Below, piece by piece: positions 16,278-25,840 of a DNA stretch of 64,000 nucleotides. Source of the stretch: Bdellovibrionota bacterium (GTDB lineage Bacteria > Bdellovibrionota_C > UBA2361 > OMII01); the NCBI GenBank assembly GCA_044351795.1, contig JBILFA010000004.1, positions 3-64,002 of the forward strand, read 5' to 3'. The notes beneath the pieces were generated by a model. It ran no database searches and had not been told where the DNA came from. It saw only the letters and a program-made list of their open reading frames with translations. A program made the position numbers and the translations under genes. Positions within the stretch are counted from its first letter, which is position 1, and every line of letters starts with the position of its first letter.

Positions 16278-17252
16278 ATGCGAAGCGCGCACACCCCACA
16301 ACCATCGTCTCAAAATAGTGCAGTGTCTGAGATTGAAACTCTTCTGCACGAAGCTCGAGAGTATCTTGATGCGTCACTGTCGGCTAATACTCGACGCGCG
16401 TACGCTGCTGACCTAAAGGAGTTTCGCGCCTGGTGCGACGCTCACGGTGCGTGCTGGATGCCCGCGGAGCCAACGACTCTTGTCGCTTACCTTACATCTC
16501 TTGCTAAGACTCATAAGGTTTCAACTATCACGCGACGCCTCGCTGCTATCTCTGTTGCTCACCAATTTTCGCAGCAAGGAACAAACCCTGTTAAGGATTT
16601 TAAGGTGCGTCAGATCCTCGAAGGCATAAAGCGCAAAAAGAAGTGTGCCCCTACACAGAAGCAGCCTACCGTGACTCTACACATAAAAGAGATGGTCGGT
16701 GAGATCCCTCCTACCCTTCAAGGACTGCGTGATAGGGCACTCCTGCTCCTTGGTTTCTCTGGAGCTCTTCGAAGGAGCGAGCTTGTCGGGATAGATGTTG
16801 AGGATCTTGCACTCTGTAAAGAAGGGCTTGTCGTCACTGTGCAGAAAAGCAAGACCGACCAGTATTCGTACGGGCGTAAAGTCGGCGTGTGCTTTGGTGA
16901 TAACGAAGCCACTTGTCCTGTAAAGGCTGTGACCGCTTGGATGAGAGCGTCTGGGATTAGTACGGGGCCGTTGTTTAGGCCTGTCAAATGGGGGAGGGTT
17001 CAAGAGCAACGGCTATCCGATAAAGCTGTTGCGCGCATGGTAAAGCGGTATGGGGCTGACATTGGACTCGAGACCAGTAAATTCTCAGGACACTCTCTAC
17101 GAGCGGGGCTTGTGACATCGGCTATTCAAGCAGGTGTTGATCCGCTTGATGTTCAGCGGCATTCGGGGCATGCATCGCTTGATATGCTCAAGCGGTATAT
17201 TAGAGATGCGACGGTGTTTAGGGGTAACCCAACTAGTAAACTAGGGCTTTAA
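16278..17252 (+). CDS. Tyrosine recombinase (XerC/D-like phage integrase family)
   Basis: GALRRSELVGIDVEDL (Arg I), HSLRAGLVTSA (H-x-x-R) and GHASLDMLKRYI (catalytic Tyr region). Confidence 0.85.
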   Translation: MRSAHTPQPSSQNSAVSEIETLLHEAREYLDASLSANTRRAYAADLKEFRAWCDAHGACWMPAEPTTLVAYLTSLAKTHKVSTITRRLAAISVAHQFSQQGTNPVKDFKVRQILEGIKRKKKCAPTQKQPTVTLHIKEMVGEIPPTLQGLRDRALLLLGFSGALRRSELVGIDVEDLALCKEGLVVTVQKSKTDQYSYGRKVGVCFGDNEATCPVKAVTAWMRASGISTGPLFRPVKWGRVQEQRLSDKAVARMVKRYGADIGLETSKFSGHSLRAGLVTSAIQAGVDPLDVQRHSGHASLDMLKRYIRDATVFRGNPTSKLGL

Positions 17253-17601
17253 CAACAGCGTGTTTGTGCTTCTGCTCGCAGTAGAGTGCGAAATGTGCGC
17301 CTTCGTTTAGAGGACTGGCATCGGTTGTTGCGAACTTGGGGCTGTGTTATTCGGCGCTAACGGACTTTCCGAGTCTGATTAGTTGATGCCCCGCCCCCCA
17401 TGCATCATGTCGATACCTCTGCTTTGGTTTTGTTTCGCACTGACCTAGCTAGGGCAGACATACAGGAGTCTGGGAACGCCGCCACTTAAGGCACCTGCGG
17501 ACGTTCGCGCAAAAGCACGACTTGCCAGCTGGTCCGCATGCGTTGTTGGACTGCGGAACCACAGCATGATCGTCCTACAGGAGTTCCCATGTAGAGGGGA
17601 G

Positions 17602-18336
17602 CTAGGCGCATTCGAAGTACTCCCGTATCAGACGACGAATAGCATATTCATGCCCACGTACAATACCGAAAAATTCGCGAACTCCTGAAAGGTTCCTATT
17701 CTGGATATGTTCGGGGTCACTGTACACAACTCGTTGCTCTGAGGGCGCTGCTACCAGCCAATCATTCCTGGGGCTGTCCGAGAACATGTCTTCGTCGAGC
17801 CAACATCGCACTTTCAGCTCCCAGACATTTTCTGTAACAAATTCAACTTCGAACAGTCGCTCGCCAGCTTCGATACTCCAAGTTGAATACTTGGTGGCCA
17901 TGCTCTTTTCACGAGCAAGTCGATCTGTGGTCCTCAAGAAGTACCAAACGAACTCGGCCAATTGTTTAGTATTGTCATAAGAGGGTGGCGGTGAATCCTC
18001 GTGCTCCACGGCATTTCGAATGTCGTACAACTTTCCAAGCATTAGTTGGCGAACAATTCCGAATCGCTCCATGACGTCTAACTGTTCCTTCGGGAGGTCT
18101 TTAAGCGGAATCCCTTTGAAGCAATAGAGGTCGTTTAGGATCTTGAGGCGGTGATCGACAGCACGCTTCAAGTTCGAAATCACGTCTGCCCGTTGATTCC
18201 GGTCGGAACTCGGGGTCAACATTCGCTCTGCATGGTCGAGCAACTCATAGGCGCGCTGCGCTCCCCAATAGTCACCGGGAGTCCAACTAGACCGGGAACA
18301 CGGCCAGGTAAAGATTTTGCTTGATATCCAAATCAT
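17602..18336 (-). CDS. Hypothetical protein (possible HEPN-like Rx4H motif)
   Basis: 244 aa, predicted helical. YDIRNAVEHED contains R-x4-H. There is no other recognisable signature. Confidence 0.45.
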   Translation of the reverse strand: MIWISSKIFTWPCSRSSWTPGDYWGAQRAYELLDHAERMLTPSSDRNQRADVISNLKRAVDHRLKILNDLYCFKGIPLKDLPKEQLDVMERFGIVRQLMLGKLYDIRNAVEHEDSPPPSYDNTKQLAEFVWYFLRTTDRLAREKSMATKYSTWSIEAGERLFEVEFVTENVWELKVRCWLDEDMFSDSPRNDWLVAAPSEQRVVYSDPEHIQNRNLSGVREFFGIVRGHEYAIRRLIREYFECA

Positions 18337-18443
18337 TGGGGCTAGCCCACTGTCACTATTTATCCAGTGCCGGATCGCAGCTCATATCTGCTTATGACAT
18401 GCAGAAAAATCATCGACCATCTTGGCGGTAATACCTTTACCCG

Positions 18444-19661
18444 TTAGCTATCACGCACCACCTGCGCCGTGCCACGATCGTATCGATAGTTAGCAATGGC
18501 TCCGTCTTTGAGCTTCTCGATCGCCCTTTCAATCGCTGGCAACGGAACAAGGAACCACTCCCTAGGCTCAACCTCCACACCAAATCGGTCCTTTAATTCC
18601 AGATCTAAGCGCGCCTCGGAGAAGAACTTATGCAGAAGTGCCTCTAAACGCTTGCGATTGATGTTGGCCAGCTTGAAAGACGCGACCACTTCAACATCTG
18701 CTAGCAAGTACGTCGGGTCTTTCCTTGCATTCGCGATCCGGCTCTGAATATCGCCCCCGGTGACACCAATCTTGTGAACGACGCTTCTGTGCTCGGAAAT
18801 AAAGGGATGTTCTGACTTACTTCGCAGGACATAGATGTAGCCCGTCTCAGTATCCCCCTCCTCCTCCTTGTCCGAGAACAGGTGGTATTGCGTCCCTGAT
18901 ATGATACGACGACTTGCTTTATCTTTATTCAGTGCTCGCTGGAGAGAGCGGACAAGCAGTTCGCTTTCCGTGCCATTGTCGTAAATAACTCGTATACGAC
19001 GATCCTTACGGCCATGGTCTGGAACAAACCAATCCCCGAGCTCGGCCACAAGGACTTTTTGACCATCGAGCACGAACAGGTCTCTCTTCGCCACCTCGGC
19101 ATCATCCCGATACTTAATGGTAACTCTCTCGCCAGATCCTAGGTCGCGTTGAACAGCTTCAAACACCGGCTTGAATTTCTCAAAATCGACGCACGGATTA
19201 CGCTGAGCAATCTCCTCTGCCGCCCGAATGTCCTCCTGCGACCGCACATGAACTAGTTTGGTGATTGAGCCTCCAGGTGATTCCTCCCCACCTAGTGAGG
19301 CAAGTAGAGTCACATCATCGAGCTCTTCGTCTACAGCTTGTCCAGCATCGAGGAGTCCGTTGGTGTCGAAATGTTTCAGGACATCTCGGCACTCCGGAGA
19401 CTTTCGTATGCTATCGAGTCTCACGGCGTACAGCCGTTCGAAGATGTCTCGATTCTCACTCCGCTCTGGCAAGCGCCCATGCTCCGATACAAACCTGACG
19501 ATCTCCTCGAAACCCGCGATGATACGTTGCTCCCGTGGGGAAGTGGCATCATCTGCCTCAGAGGCAGTCTCAACCCCTAATTCATCCAAAAGCTCAATGT
19601 CTTCGTTGGTTACACCCTTAGGCATTCGTACTTTCCTTGACTTTCTTCTGAAGGAAGGCAA
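18444..19661 (-). CDS. T5orf172 / GIY-YIG-superfamily domain protein
   Basis: The C-terminal GYIYVLRSKS...HKIGVTGGDIQSRIANARKD...EWFLVPL is the T5orf172 pattern. The N-terminus has a GRLPERS helicase-associated-like module. An alternative start is ATG 19625 (8-nt overlap with the helicase stop). Confidence 0.7.
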   Translation of the reverse strand: MPSFRRKSRKVRMPKGVTNEDIELLDELGVETASEADDATSPREQRIIAGFEEIVRFVSEHGRLPERSENRDIFERLYAVRLDSIRKSPECRDVLKHFDTNGLLDAGQAVDEELDDVTLLASLGGEESPGGSITKLVHVRSQEDIRAAEEIAQRNPCVDFEKFKPVFEAVQRDLGSGERVTIKYRDDAEVAKRDLFVLDGQKVLVAELGDWFVPDHGRKDRRIRVIYDNGTESELLVRSLQRALNKDKASRRIISGTQYHLFSDKEEEGDTETGYIYVLRSKSEHPFISEHRSVVHKIGVTGGDIQSRIANARKDPTYLLADVEVVASFKLANINRKRLEALLHKFFSEARLDLELKDRFGVEVEPREWFLVPLPAIERAIEKLKDGAIANYRYDRGTAQVVRDS

Positions 19662-21678
19662 CGCCCTCGGCCATACGCTTCTCCCAAGGGTCCATCGCGG
19701 TTAGGGAAGGCAGCCTACCCTTCTCCTCCTTGAAGCGCTTTGCTCGCTTCGCGAGCTCACGAGCCTCCTCTATAGACATGCTGATTCGCTTTGCTGCAAT
19801 AACTTCGGCGACCATCCTAAGGCGCTCTTCACTCATGGACTTAGCGAGTATCGCGTATGCCTCACCAAACGGATTGACGCTATCAATAAGGTCGATATCA
19901 AGTTCTCTCACATGCAGAGCATATCGTCGAACACCATCGATGAGAGCCGTATTCCCGGTCTCGACTGAGCTCCCTTGATTCAAATCCGTCAGCGCCTTCT
20001 TGCCCTGCTGGACAAGATTTAGTGCAGCGACCGCGTGCTGGCGGATCGCTTCTTGATCCTCCTCTCCACATTCAGGGTATCGCTCCTTGATAATCTTACC
20101 CATTCTGACTTGTGTTAGCTCCTGCGGGACCACCTCACTGTCGAACAAGCCTCGCTCAATAGTCTGCTTGTCTTGGACAAATGCTGTAATCAATTCAGTC
20201 AGGTCTTCTCGACAGATCCGTTGGGCCTCCCTACTCTTCGGTGCCGCTAACCCCTTTATCTCAAGCTCAAGTTGACCGGTGTTTGGGTTCACACCGACAT
20301 TACACCTAGCTTGGTCGTACCCCCCGTCCCCGTAATCCATCCCAGGGGTCGGTCCGTTATTGGGATTCTTCGGGCGGAACTCGAACCTCGGAGCTAGAAC
20401 CTGCTCCATTAGAAGACTTGCGGCGATTGCCTTCAGAGTATCGTTCACCGCTTCATTGACCGCCGATTCGGCCGCGTCAGGCTCAGCAATTAGATTGGTG
20501 AATCGAGCTCTCGTCTTTCCAGGCGCATCTCGAGTGGCTCGTCCAATGATCTGGACTATTTCTGTGAGGCTCGCTCTGTATCCAATCGTCAGCGCATGCT
20601 CACACCAAATCCAATCAAAGCCCTCCTTAGCCATACCCAGGGCGATGATGATATCCACATGGTCTCGGTTGTTCTTTTGATTCGGATCTTTGAGAGAGGC
20701 GGAAACCCTATCGCGTTTAGCTTGTTCATCATCAACCAGATCCGCGATTCGAAGTACCTTTCCGCTCGCAACCTTGACGAGTTGAAATCCTGTCGTTGGG
20801 TCCGTTCCCTGCCACTGTCCTAGCTGTTCGAGAATGTGCTCGACTTCGCGGATCTTGTCCTTCGTGCTCTCTCGCGAGTTCACGTTGGGAATATGGACTA
20901 TAGTTTTCTCATCGTGGTCAAGAACCTTGAGAATCTCGTCCGTGTAGCTGCCAGCATAGAAGTAATATCCAATATCGAGCTGCTTTAAGTACTGATAGCC
21001 ATTAAGCTGCTCGTAGTAGGTGTAAGTGACCGTCTCAAACTTTGCCTCGTCTTCTGGGTGCAAGACCGCTTCGGCGTCACCACGGAAGTATGATCCCGTC
21101 ATAGCCACCAGGTGCGTTTTACCTCGAGCTATCAGCTGACGGACGTGATCCCCTAACCTGCTGTCAGGGTTTGCTGATACGTGATGGAACTCATCTACCG
21201 CTATAAGGCGATCGTCGAATACCTCGACACCGTATTTTTCAACCGCGAACCGGAAAGTTGCGTGCGTACAGACCAGCGCCTTATCTTCGGTCGCAAGAAA
21301 CGCCTTTAGACCATCCACTTTACCACCGTTGTCGCCACCCGGCGCATCGCATAAGTTCCACTTCGGTTCTACCTTCCAGTCAGCCCAAAATCCGTACTGG
21401 GTAAGCGGCTCGTCGTGAAAACTGGATCCTATGGATTTCTCGGGCACTACGATAATAGCCTGTTTGAGCCCTTGATTCTGGAGCTTATCGAGGGCGATAA
21501 ACATTAAGGCCCGACTTTTTCCTGACGCAGGTGGGGACTTTATCAAAAGGTACTGCTCGCCGCGTTTCTGATAAACGCGCTCTTGCATCGGCCGCATGCC
21601 GAGAGCGTTTGAGCGAGTGGAACTTCCGTCCTGAGCATAACTTACCGAAACTGACGGAACCGATATCCCGTTACTCAT
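19618..21678 (-). CDS. DEAD/DEAH-box (SF2) helicase
   Basis: Walker A SPPASGKSRAL, DEFHH box and motif VI QIIGRATRD. There is a C-terminal GRLPSL helicase-associated-like tail. The start overlaps the methyltransferase stop (ATGA). Confidence 0.85.
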   Translation of the reverse strand: MSNGISVPSVSVSYAQDGSSTRSNALGMRPMQERVYQKRGEQYLLIKSPPASGKSRALMFIALDKLQNQGLKQAIIVVPEKSIGSSFHDEPLTQYGFWADWKVEPKWNLCDAPGGDNGGKVDGLKAFLATEDKALVCTHATFRFAVEKYGVEVFDDRLIAVDEFHHVSANPDSRLGDHVRQLIARGKTHLVAMTGSYFRGDAEAVLHPEDEAKFETVTYTYYEQLNGYQYLKQLDIGYYFYAGSYTDEILKVLDHDEKTIVHIPNVNSRESTKDKIREVEHILEQLGQWQGTDPTTGFQLVKVASGKVLRIADLVDDEQAKRDRVSASLKDPNQKNNRDHVDIIIALGMAKEGFDWIWCEHALTIGYRASLTEIVQIIGRATRDAPGKTRARFTNLIAEPDAAESAVNEAVNDTLKAIAASLLMEQVLAPRFEFRPKNPNNGPTPGMDYGDGGYDQARCNVGVNPNTGQLELEIKGLAAPKSREAQRICREDLTELITAFVQDKQTIERGLFDSEVVPQELTQVRMGKIIKERYPECGEEDQEAIRQHAVAALNLVQQGKKALTDLNQGSSVETGNTALIDGVRRYALHVRELDIDLIDSVNPFGEAYAILAKSMSEERLRMVAEVIAAKRISMSIEEARELAKRAKRFKEEKGRLPSLTAMDPWEKRMAEGVAFLQKKVKESTNA

Positions 21679-24497
21679 ACCGGAGTCTCCTTGGCTTTAC
21701 GCTTGGTGCCTGGCTTTGCGGTCCTATGCGAACTGGTCATTTTTGTGTAGAGCTCGAACAGTTTTTCTAATCGCTCGGTGTCGTTCTTAAAACGGCGCCC
21801 TATGTAAATACGTTCCAGTATCTCATCATTCCGTTCATGCGCTTCACGGAGATCCGCAGGCATAGCTTCAGGATCGTAGAGATCGGCGATTGTCGCCGGG
21901 AAATGTACCTCGCGGGTTAGTAGAATACTCTCGGCGCATCGGGTGAGATCAGCTTTGTTTTTCTCAGTCAGGGGAGGAAGCGGGAACGTATTCCATCCAA
22001 GCGTATTGGAATACGAGAAATCAGTCCTCATTCTAACGCAGACTGTCCCGATCCACACCCAATGGAGACGCGAGGCGATAACAGCTAAGTTCCAAAGAGG
22101 TGCGTCATATAATACGAAGTTTCGCTCGCTAATGACGCTATGCCCGTCTGTTATCCCAACCGGAAGATACGCTCGGTTCTCGGATGATACCCTCGGGACC
22201 ACTATTGCTTGTCCGTTTCTATGAGGGGCGAACACGAATCTGTGCGGGGTGTCAGCGTTATCACGTGCCTGTTTTCCCCCTTTCAGCCGCGCCTCTCTGA
22301 CTTTGTCGATCCGTGCTTTTATCGGGGGGCACATCAATGCAAGTTCGAGCTCGCTGTCTTCAATCCAGAGGCAATATTTGAACGTGGAGTGAATAAACTC
22401 CCTAGAGCCAATAAAGTACTTTATGAACTGTCTGCTGCCTGGATGCGTCGAACGGAGTGCTTCTGCTTCGGCAACATCCAGTACCAGGTGCCCGCCGTCA
22501 TTAGCCATGTTACCGCGAAGCATCTTCGCTCGCTCATCCGATGCGCATGAAGCCGGGCCAACCGTGATATTTGGCCCAGGCACGAGGTAGGGTCCGATGT
22601 TCCCTACAACTCTAGACATGTCTGCTCCACTGTCGTCGACATCAACTAATTCTCGTTTAGAAGACCCCTGGACGGAGAGCCCAACGATTACCACGGTGAC
22701 ACCAGCCTTGTAGGATGCCAAGTTGGCCCACTTGAACGACCGGTAAGCAAACTGAATGTGGTGGCCCGTGGCAAAAATCAGAGGCCAAAGAATAGCGACC
22801 TGCTCACCTTGGCAAATGGAGTTCGTTGCCACGAAGGCCGAGGCGCATCGAGCTTTAAGACCATACAGAGCGGCCTTGAACAACCATCCGGCAACGTAAT
22901 CCAGCGACTTCCAGTCTTTGGTGTACTTTTCAAAAATGCTTTTAAGATCGGCCTTTTGAGTCGGTGATTGCATAACCGACCCCAAATACGGTGGATTACC
23001 GCAAATGTACGTCTCTCCTCCTTCGTTAGCGAAATTAATCTCGGCTTGTTCCAGAGGGGTGGAGAATAGATCGTCCGCGTGACGTTTGACCGCAGTCCCT
23101 TCTGGTGGACACAGGCTCAGCCACTCGAGATGAAGGGCATTGCCACAGGATATCCAATTAGCTGCCTCAAGAGGGAGGAATTCGGCTAGCGCTCTCTCTT
23201 GCCCTCGATAAAGAACGTCACATTGGTATTCGGCAATAATGAGCGCGAGTCTCGCTATCTCAGCCGAAAAGTGTCGTAACTCGATCCCGCGAAAATTCGT
23301 CAATGGAATATCAGAGCGGCGAGATCGGTCGTTTCTCTTGCGATTGATCTCGGCCTCGATTGCCCGCATCTCTTTGTATGCAATAACTAGGAAGTTCCCA
23401 GATCCACAGGCCGGGTCGAAAACCCGAATGTGTGCTATCCGGTTGCGGAGGTTGAGAAGCTTTCGAGGGTTGTCACCTGCCTCTTCTAGCTGCCGCCGCA
23501 GGTCATCTAGAAAAAGTGGATTAAGAACCTTCAAAATATTCGGCACACTAGTGTAGTGCATACCAAGTTCGCCGCGCTCTTCATCGTCGGCCACGGCCTG
23601 AATCATCGACCCGAAGATATCCGGATTAATCTTCGTCCAGTCTAGGTTCCCGACATGTAAAAGGTATGACCGCGCGATCTTACTGAAACGAGGAACCTCT
23701 AAACTATCGGAGAAGAGCCCTCCATTGACGTAGGGAAAGTTTCTAGCCCAAGCTCGTATGTTTGCTTCCTCGCGTTCCGCAAGCGGCGTGTTCATCGAGC
23801 GAAAGAGCTCGGCCAGCACCTCGTGAGTGTTCGAAGCGTCCGGGGAGCTCATCTGTTCAATGGTCCCTGTGAACCGCGCCTGTATACCGAAGATGTTCGT
23901 ATCCTCTGCGAAAAAGCAAAAAATGAGCCTCGCAAAAAAGTGATTCAACTCCTCGCGACGCGAGGCGTTATCCCAATCGGGATTTACTTTCAGCAATTCG
24001 ACATAGAGCCGATTGAGTCGTCCAGTAGCCTTTATGTCAAAGGCGTTCTCACGGATCTCTCTTACGGTTGTAATTCCGGCCAACGGCAGGAAGAAGCCAA
24101 AGTGATCCGAGAAGTCACTATAGGCGCAAGCCACCGTTTCACCATCAACGACGTTCTCGGCCTCAAAACTCTTCCCATCCGTCGCAAGAATGAATTTGGC
24201 CTTCTGACGTATTGTCGTGGAACTTTCTCGCAACGCGGTAAGGGTTGCTGTAACCTCTCCCTCGGAGCATGTCGCTATGTGGATGTTATTGCGCTGGAGG
24301 ACTCCACCCGCGATATCGGATTGATTGGTCTCTCCACTCTTCAGTCGCTTTATGGTCGTCTCTTTATTTCCGAATGCTTCGAGAAATGCATAGGGAAACG
24401 ACTCGGCGTCGAAGGGCAATGCTGCCAATGCAGAAACCGCCTCTTCTATTTCGACTGCATTCATTAAGACTCCCCTACTGTGCTGCCGGCAAGGCAT
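21675..24497 (-). CDS. MmeI-family (type IIL/IIG-like) N6-adenine DNA methyltransferase with an atypical N-terminus
   Basis: RLIFCFFAEDTNIF, GMHYTSVPNILKVLNPLFLDDL, FDPACGSGNFL (motif I) and CGNPPYLG (motif IV). The probable start is ATG 24464 (MNAVEIEE). I cannot find the MmeI D-x9-E-x-K nuclease motif in the first 150 aa. Confidence 0.8.
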   Translation of the reverse strand: MPCRQHSRGVLMNAVEIEEAVSALAALPFDAESFPYAFLEAFGNKETTIKRLKSGETNQSDIAGGVLQRNNIHIATCSEGEVTATLTALRESSTTIRQKAKFILATDGKSFEAENVVDGETVACAYSDFSDHFGFFLPLAGITTVREIRENAFDIKATGRLNRLYVELLKVNPDWDNASRREELNHFFARLIFCFFAEDTNIFGIQARFTGTIEQMSSPDASNTHEVLAELFRSMNTPLAEREEANIRAWARNFPYVNGGLFSDSLEVPRFSKIARSYLLHVGNLDWTKINPDIFGSMIQAVADDEERGELGMHYTSVPNILKVLNPLFLDDLRRQLEEAGDNPRKLLNLRNRIAHIRVFDPACGSGNFLVIAYKEMRAIEAEINRKRNDRSRRSDIPLTNFRGIELRHFSAEIARLALIIAEYQCDVLYRGQERALAEFLPLEAANWISCGNALHLEWLSLCPPEGTAVKRHADDLFSTPLEQAEINFANEGGETYICGNPPYLGSVMQSPTQKADLKSIFEKYTKDWKSLDYVAGWLFKAALYGLKARCASAFVATNSICQGEQVAILWPLIFATGHHIQFAYRSFKWANLASYKAGVTVVIVGLSVQGSSKRELVDVDDSGADMSRVVGNIGPYLVPGPNITVGPASCASDERAKMLRGNMANDGGHLVLDVAEAEALRSTHPGSRQFIKYFIGSREFIHSTFKYCLWIEDSELELALMCPPIKARIDKVREARLKGGKQARDNADTPHRFVFAPHRNGQAIVVPRVSSENRAYLPVGITDGHSVISERNFVLYDAPLWNLAVIASRLHWVWIGTVCVRMRTDFSYSNTLGWNTFPLPPLTEKNKADLTRCAESILLTREVHFPATIADLYDPEAMPADLREAHERNDEILERIYIGRRFKNDTERLEKLFELYTKMTSSHRTAKPGTKRKAKETPV

Positions 24498-24807
24498 GTG
24501 AAGCCCGCGCTCCTACGGCATACGGCGCAACAAGCTATCGATTAATTCGTTACGAACGAATGCTCGCCAAGCGCCAAAAATGTACCTAAAAACACCTACT
24601 TGTGAAAGGGTCGCGTTAGTATGTGTAGCTTTTTTGGAGGCCTACTACCCACACTTACCTCTCTGAGACCTTGTTACCCACAAATAGAGCTGCTTTATTC
24701 CAGTGAACGGTCAGCTAGGAGCCCATTCCTGGCAACCCCGGGCCAGGAATGTAAGCTTCCCCCAAGACATATCACTTGTAGTTGTAAATCGATTAAACTC
24801 CAGCATC

Positions 24808-25731
24808 ATGAGAAAAGACGATTTAGCAAAGATGGAAGAATGGTGGGCCCGGTTTGAGGATGACGGTGGATTTTCGTCGGTTTTCGTTGCTCTCTTCGTT
24901 TTTATTGTCTCTCTTCCGTTAGCGTATGGCTTTCTTTATTTCCTCGAAGTGGTCACTTCTTCAGTAGGCTACCTCCACTCCTTTGTGGGAACTACTCCCC
25001 TGCTTATCTGCGTTGCACTGTTTGGTGGTGTGCTCGCCTGGCGGCTGTGGTCCGCCCCCAAGAACGAACCTGATAGGCATCAACCCGGACCAGACCCCTA
25101 CTCGATTGATTTCTCTGATGACCCGGAAGACGACTTGAGTGACACCGATACTGGTGATTTTACGAACGTCTATCTTCAAGACGATGGCTCGATACTTGAA
25201 GTCGAACCCGTTCTCGAACAAGCTTTTTTCGGCACCCCGGCTCTTTCCATCGAACTTGTTCCTCAATCATGTTGGTATTCGAACCTTCGGTCGATCCTTC
25301 CGCCGCCCGAATGGGATAACATTAAGCAGAAAGTGCGTTATAGGTCTGGATCTCGTTGCGAGATATGCGGAGGACGAGGTCCTAAATGGCCCGTGGAAAC
25401 TCATGAAGAATGGAGTTACGATGATGCTACATGTATTCAACGTTTAAGCGCCATCCGGGCTCTGTGCCCGGACTGTCACATGGTGAAGCACTTCGGTCTT
25501 GCCAATGTGCGTGGTAAGACAGAAGAAGCTTTCCAGCATCTTCAAAAAGTTAACGATTGGGATCACACCTGCGCGCAGCATTACGTGAGCTACTGCTTTC
25601 GGAAGTGGGAGGAGCGCTCTCATTTCACCTGGAAAATCGAACTTTCACTCCTGAAGGAGTACGGATTCTCGGACTCCGCGATTAGTGATCTCGAGAAAAA
25701 GGAGATCGACGATTCATCACGCTCAAGCTAG
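24808..25731 (+). CDS. Membrane protein with a C-terminal HNH-like zinc-finger domain
   Basis: Start refined to ATG 24808. Two hydrophobic helices and an acidic linker are followed by CEICGG...THEEWSYDD...LCPDCHMVKHFG (CxxC...CxxCH..H). Confidence 0.5.
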   Translation: MRKDDLAKMEEWWARFEDDGGFSSVFVALFVFIVSLPLAYGFLYFLEVVTSSVGYLHSFVGTTPLLICVALFGGVLAWRLWSAPKNEPDRHQPGPDPYSIDFSDDPEDDLSDTDTGDFTNVYLQDDGSILEVEPVLEQAFFGTPALSIELVPQSCWYSNLRSILPPPEWDNIKQKVRYRSGSRCEICGGRGPKWPVETHEEWSYDDATCIQRLSAIRALCPDCHMVKHFGLANVRGKTEEAFQHLQKVNDWDHTCAQHYVSYCFRKWEERSHFTWKIELSLLKEYGFSDSAISDLEKKEIDDSSRSS

Positions 25732-25840
25732 CTCTTAGCCCAGGTAATCACGCTAGCGATAGGGCGTATTTCTCGGCAGGTCAAATGGTTGCTAACCTTA
25801 CGACTAAATCTCTAGCCTGCTGTGTGCGCTATTGCGCTCT

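Noticed and set aside
17253-17601. Long non-coding gap after the recombinase gene, inspected for a tRNA or ncRNA that could serve as an att target
   Set aside because: I could not find a cloverleaf-compatible stretch or a match to any repeat in the window. Nothing here is supportable by eye.
23823-24467. 214-aa plus-strand ORF inside the MmeI-family methyltransferase gene
   Set aside because: It is antisense to a gene with unambiguous methyltransferase motifs, and it has no motif of its own.
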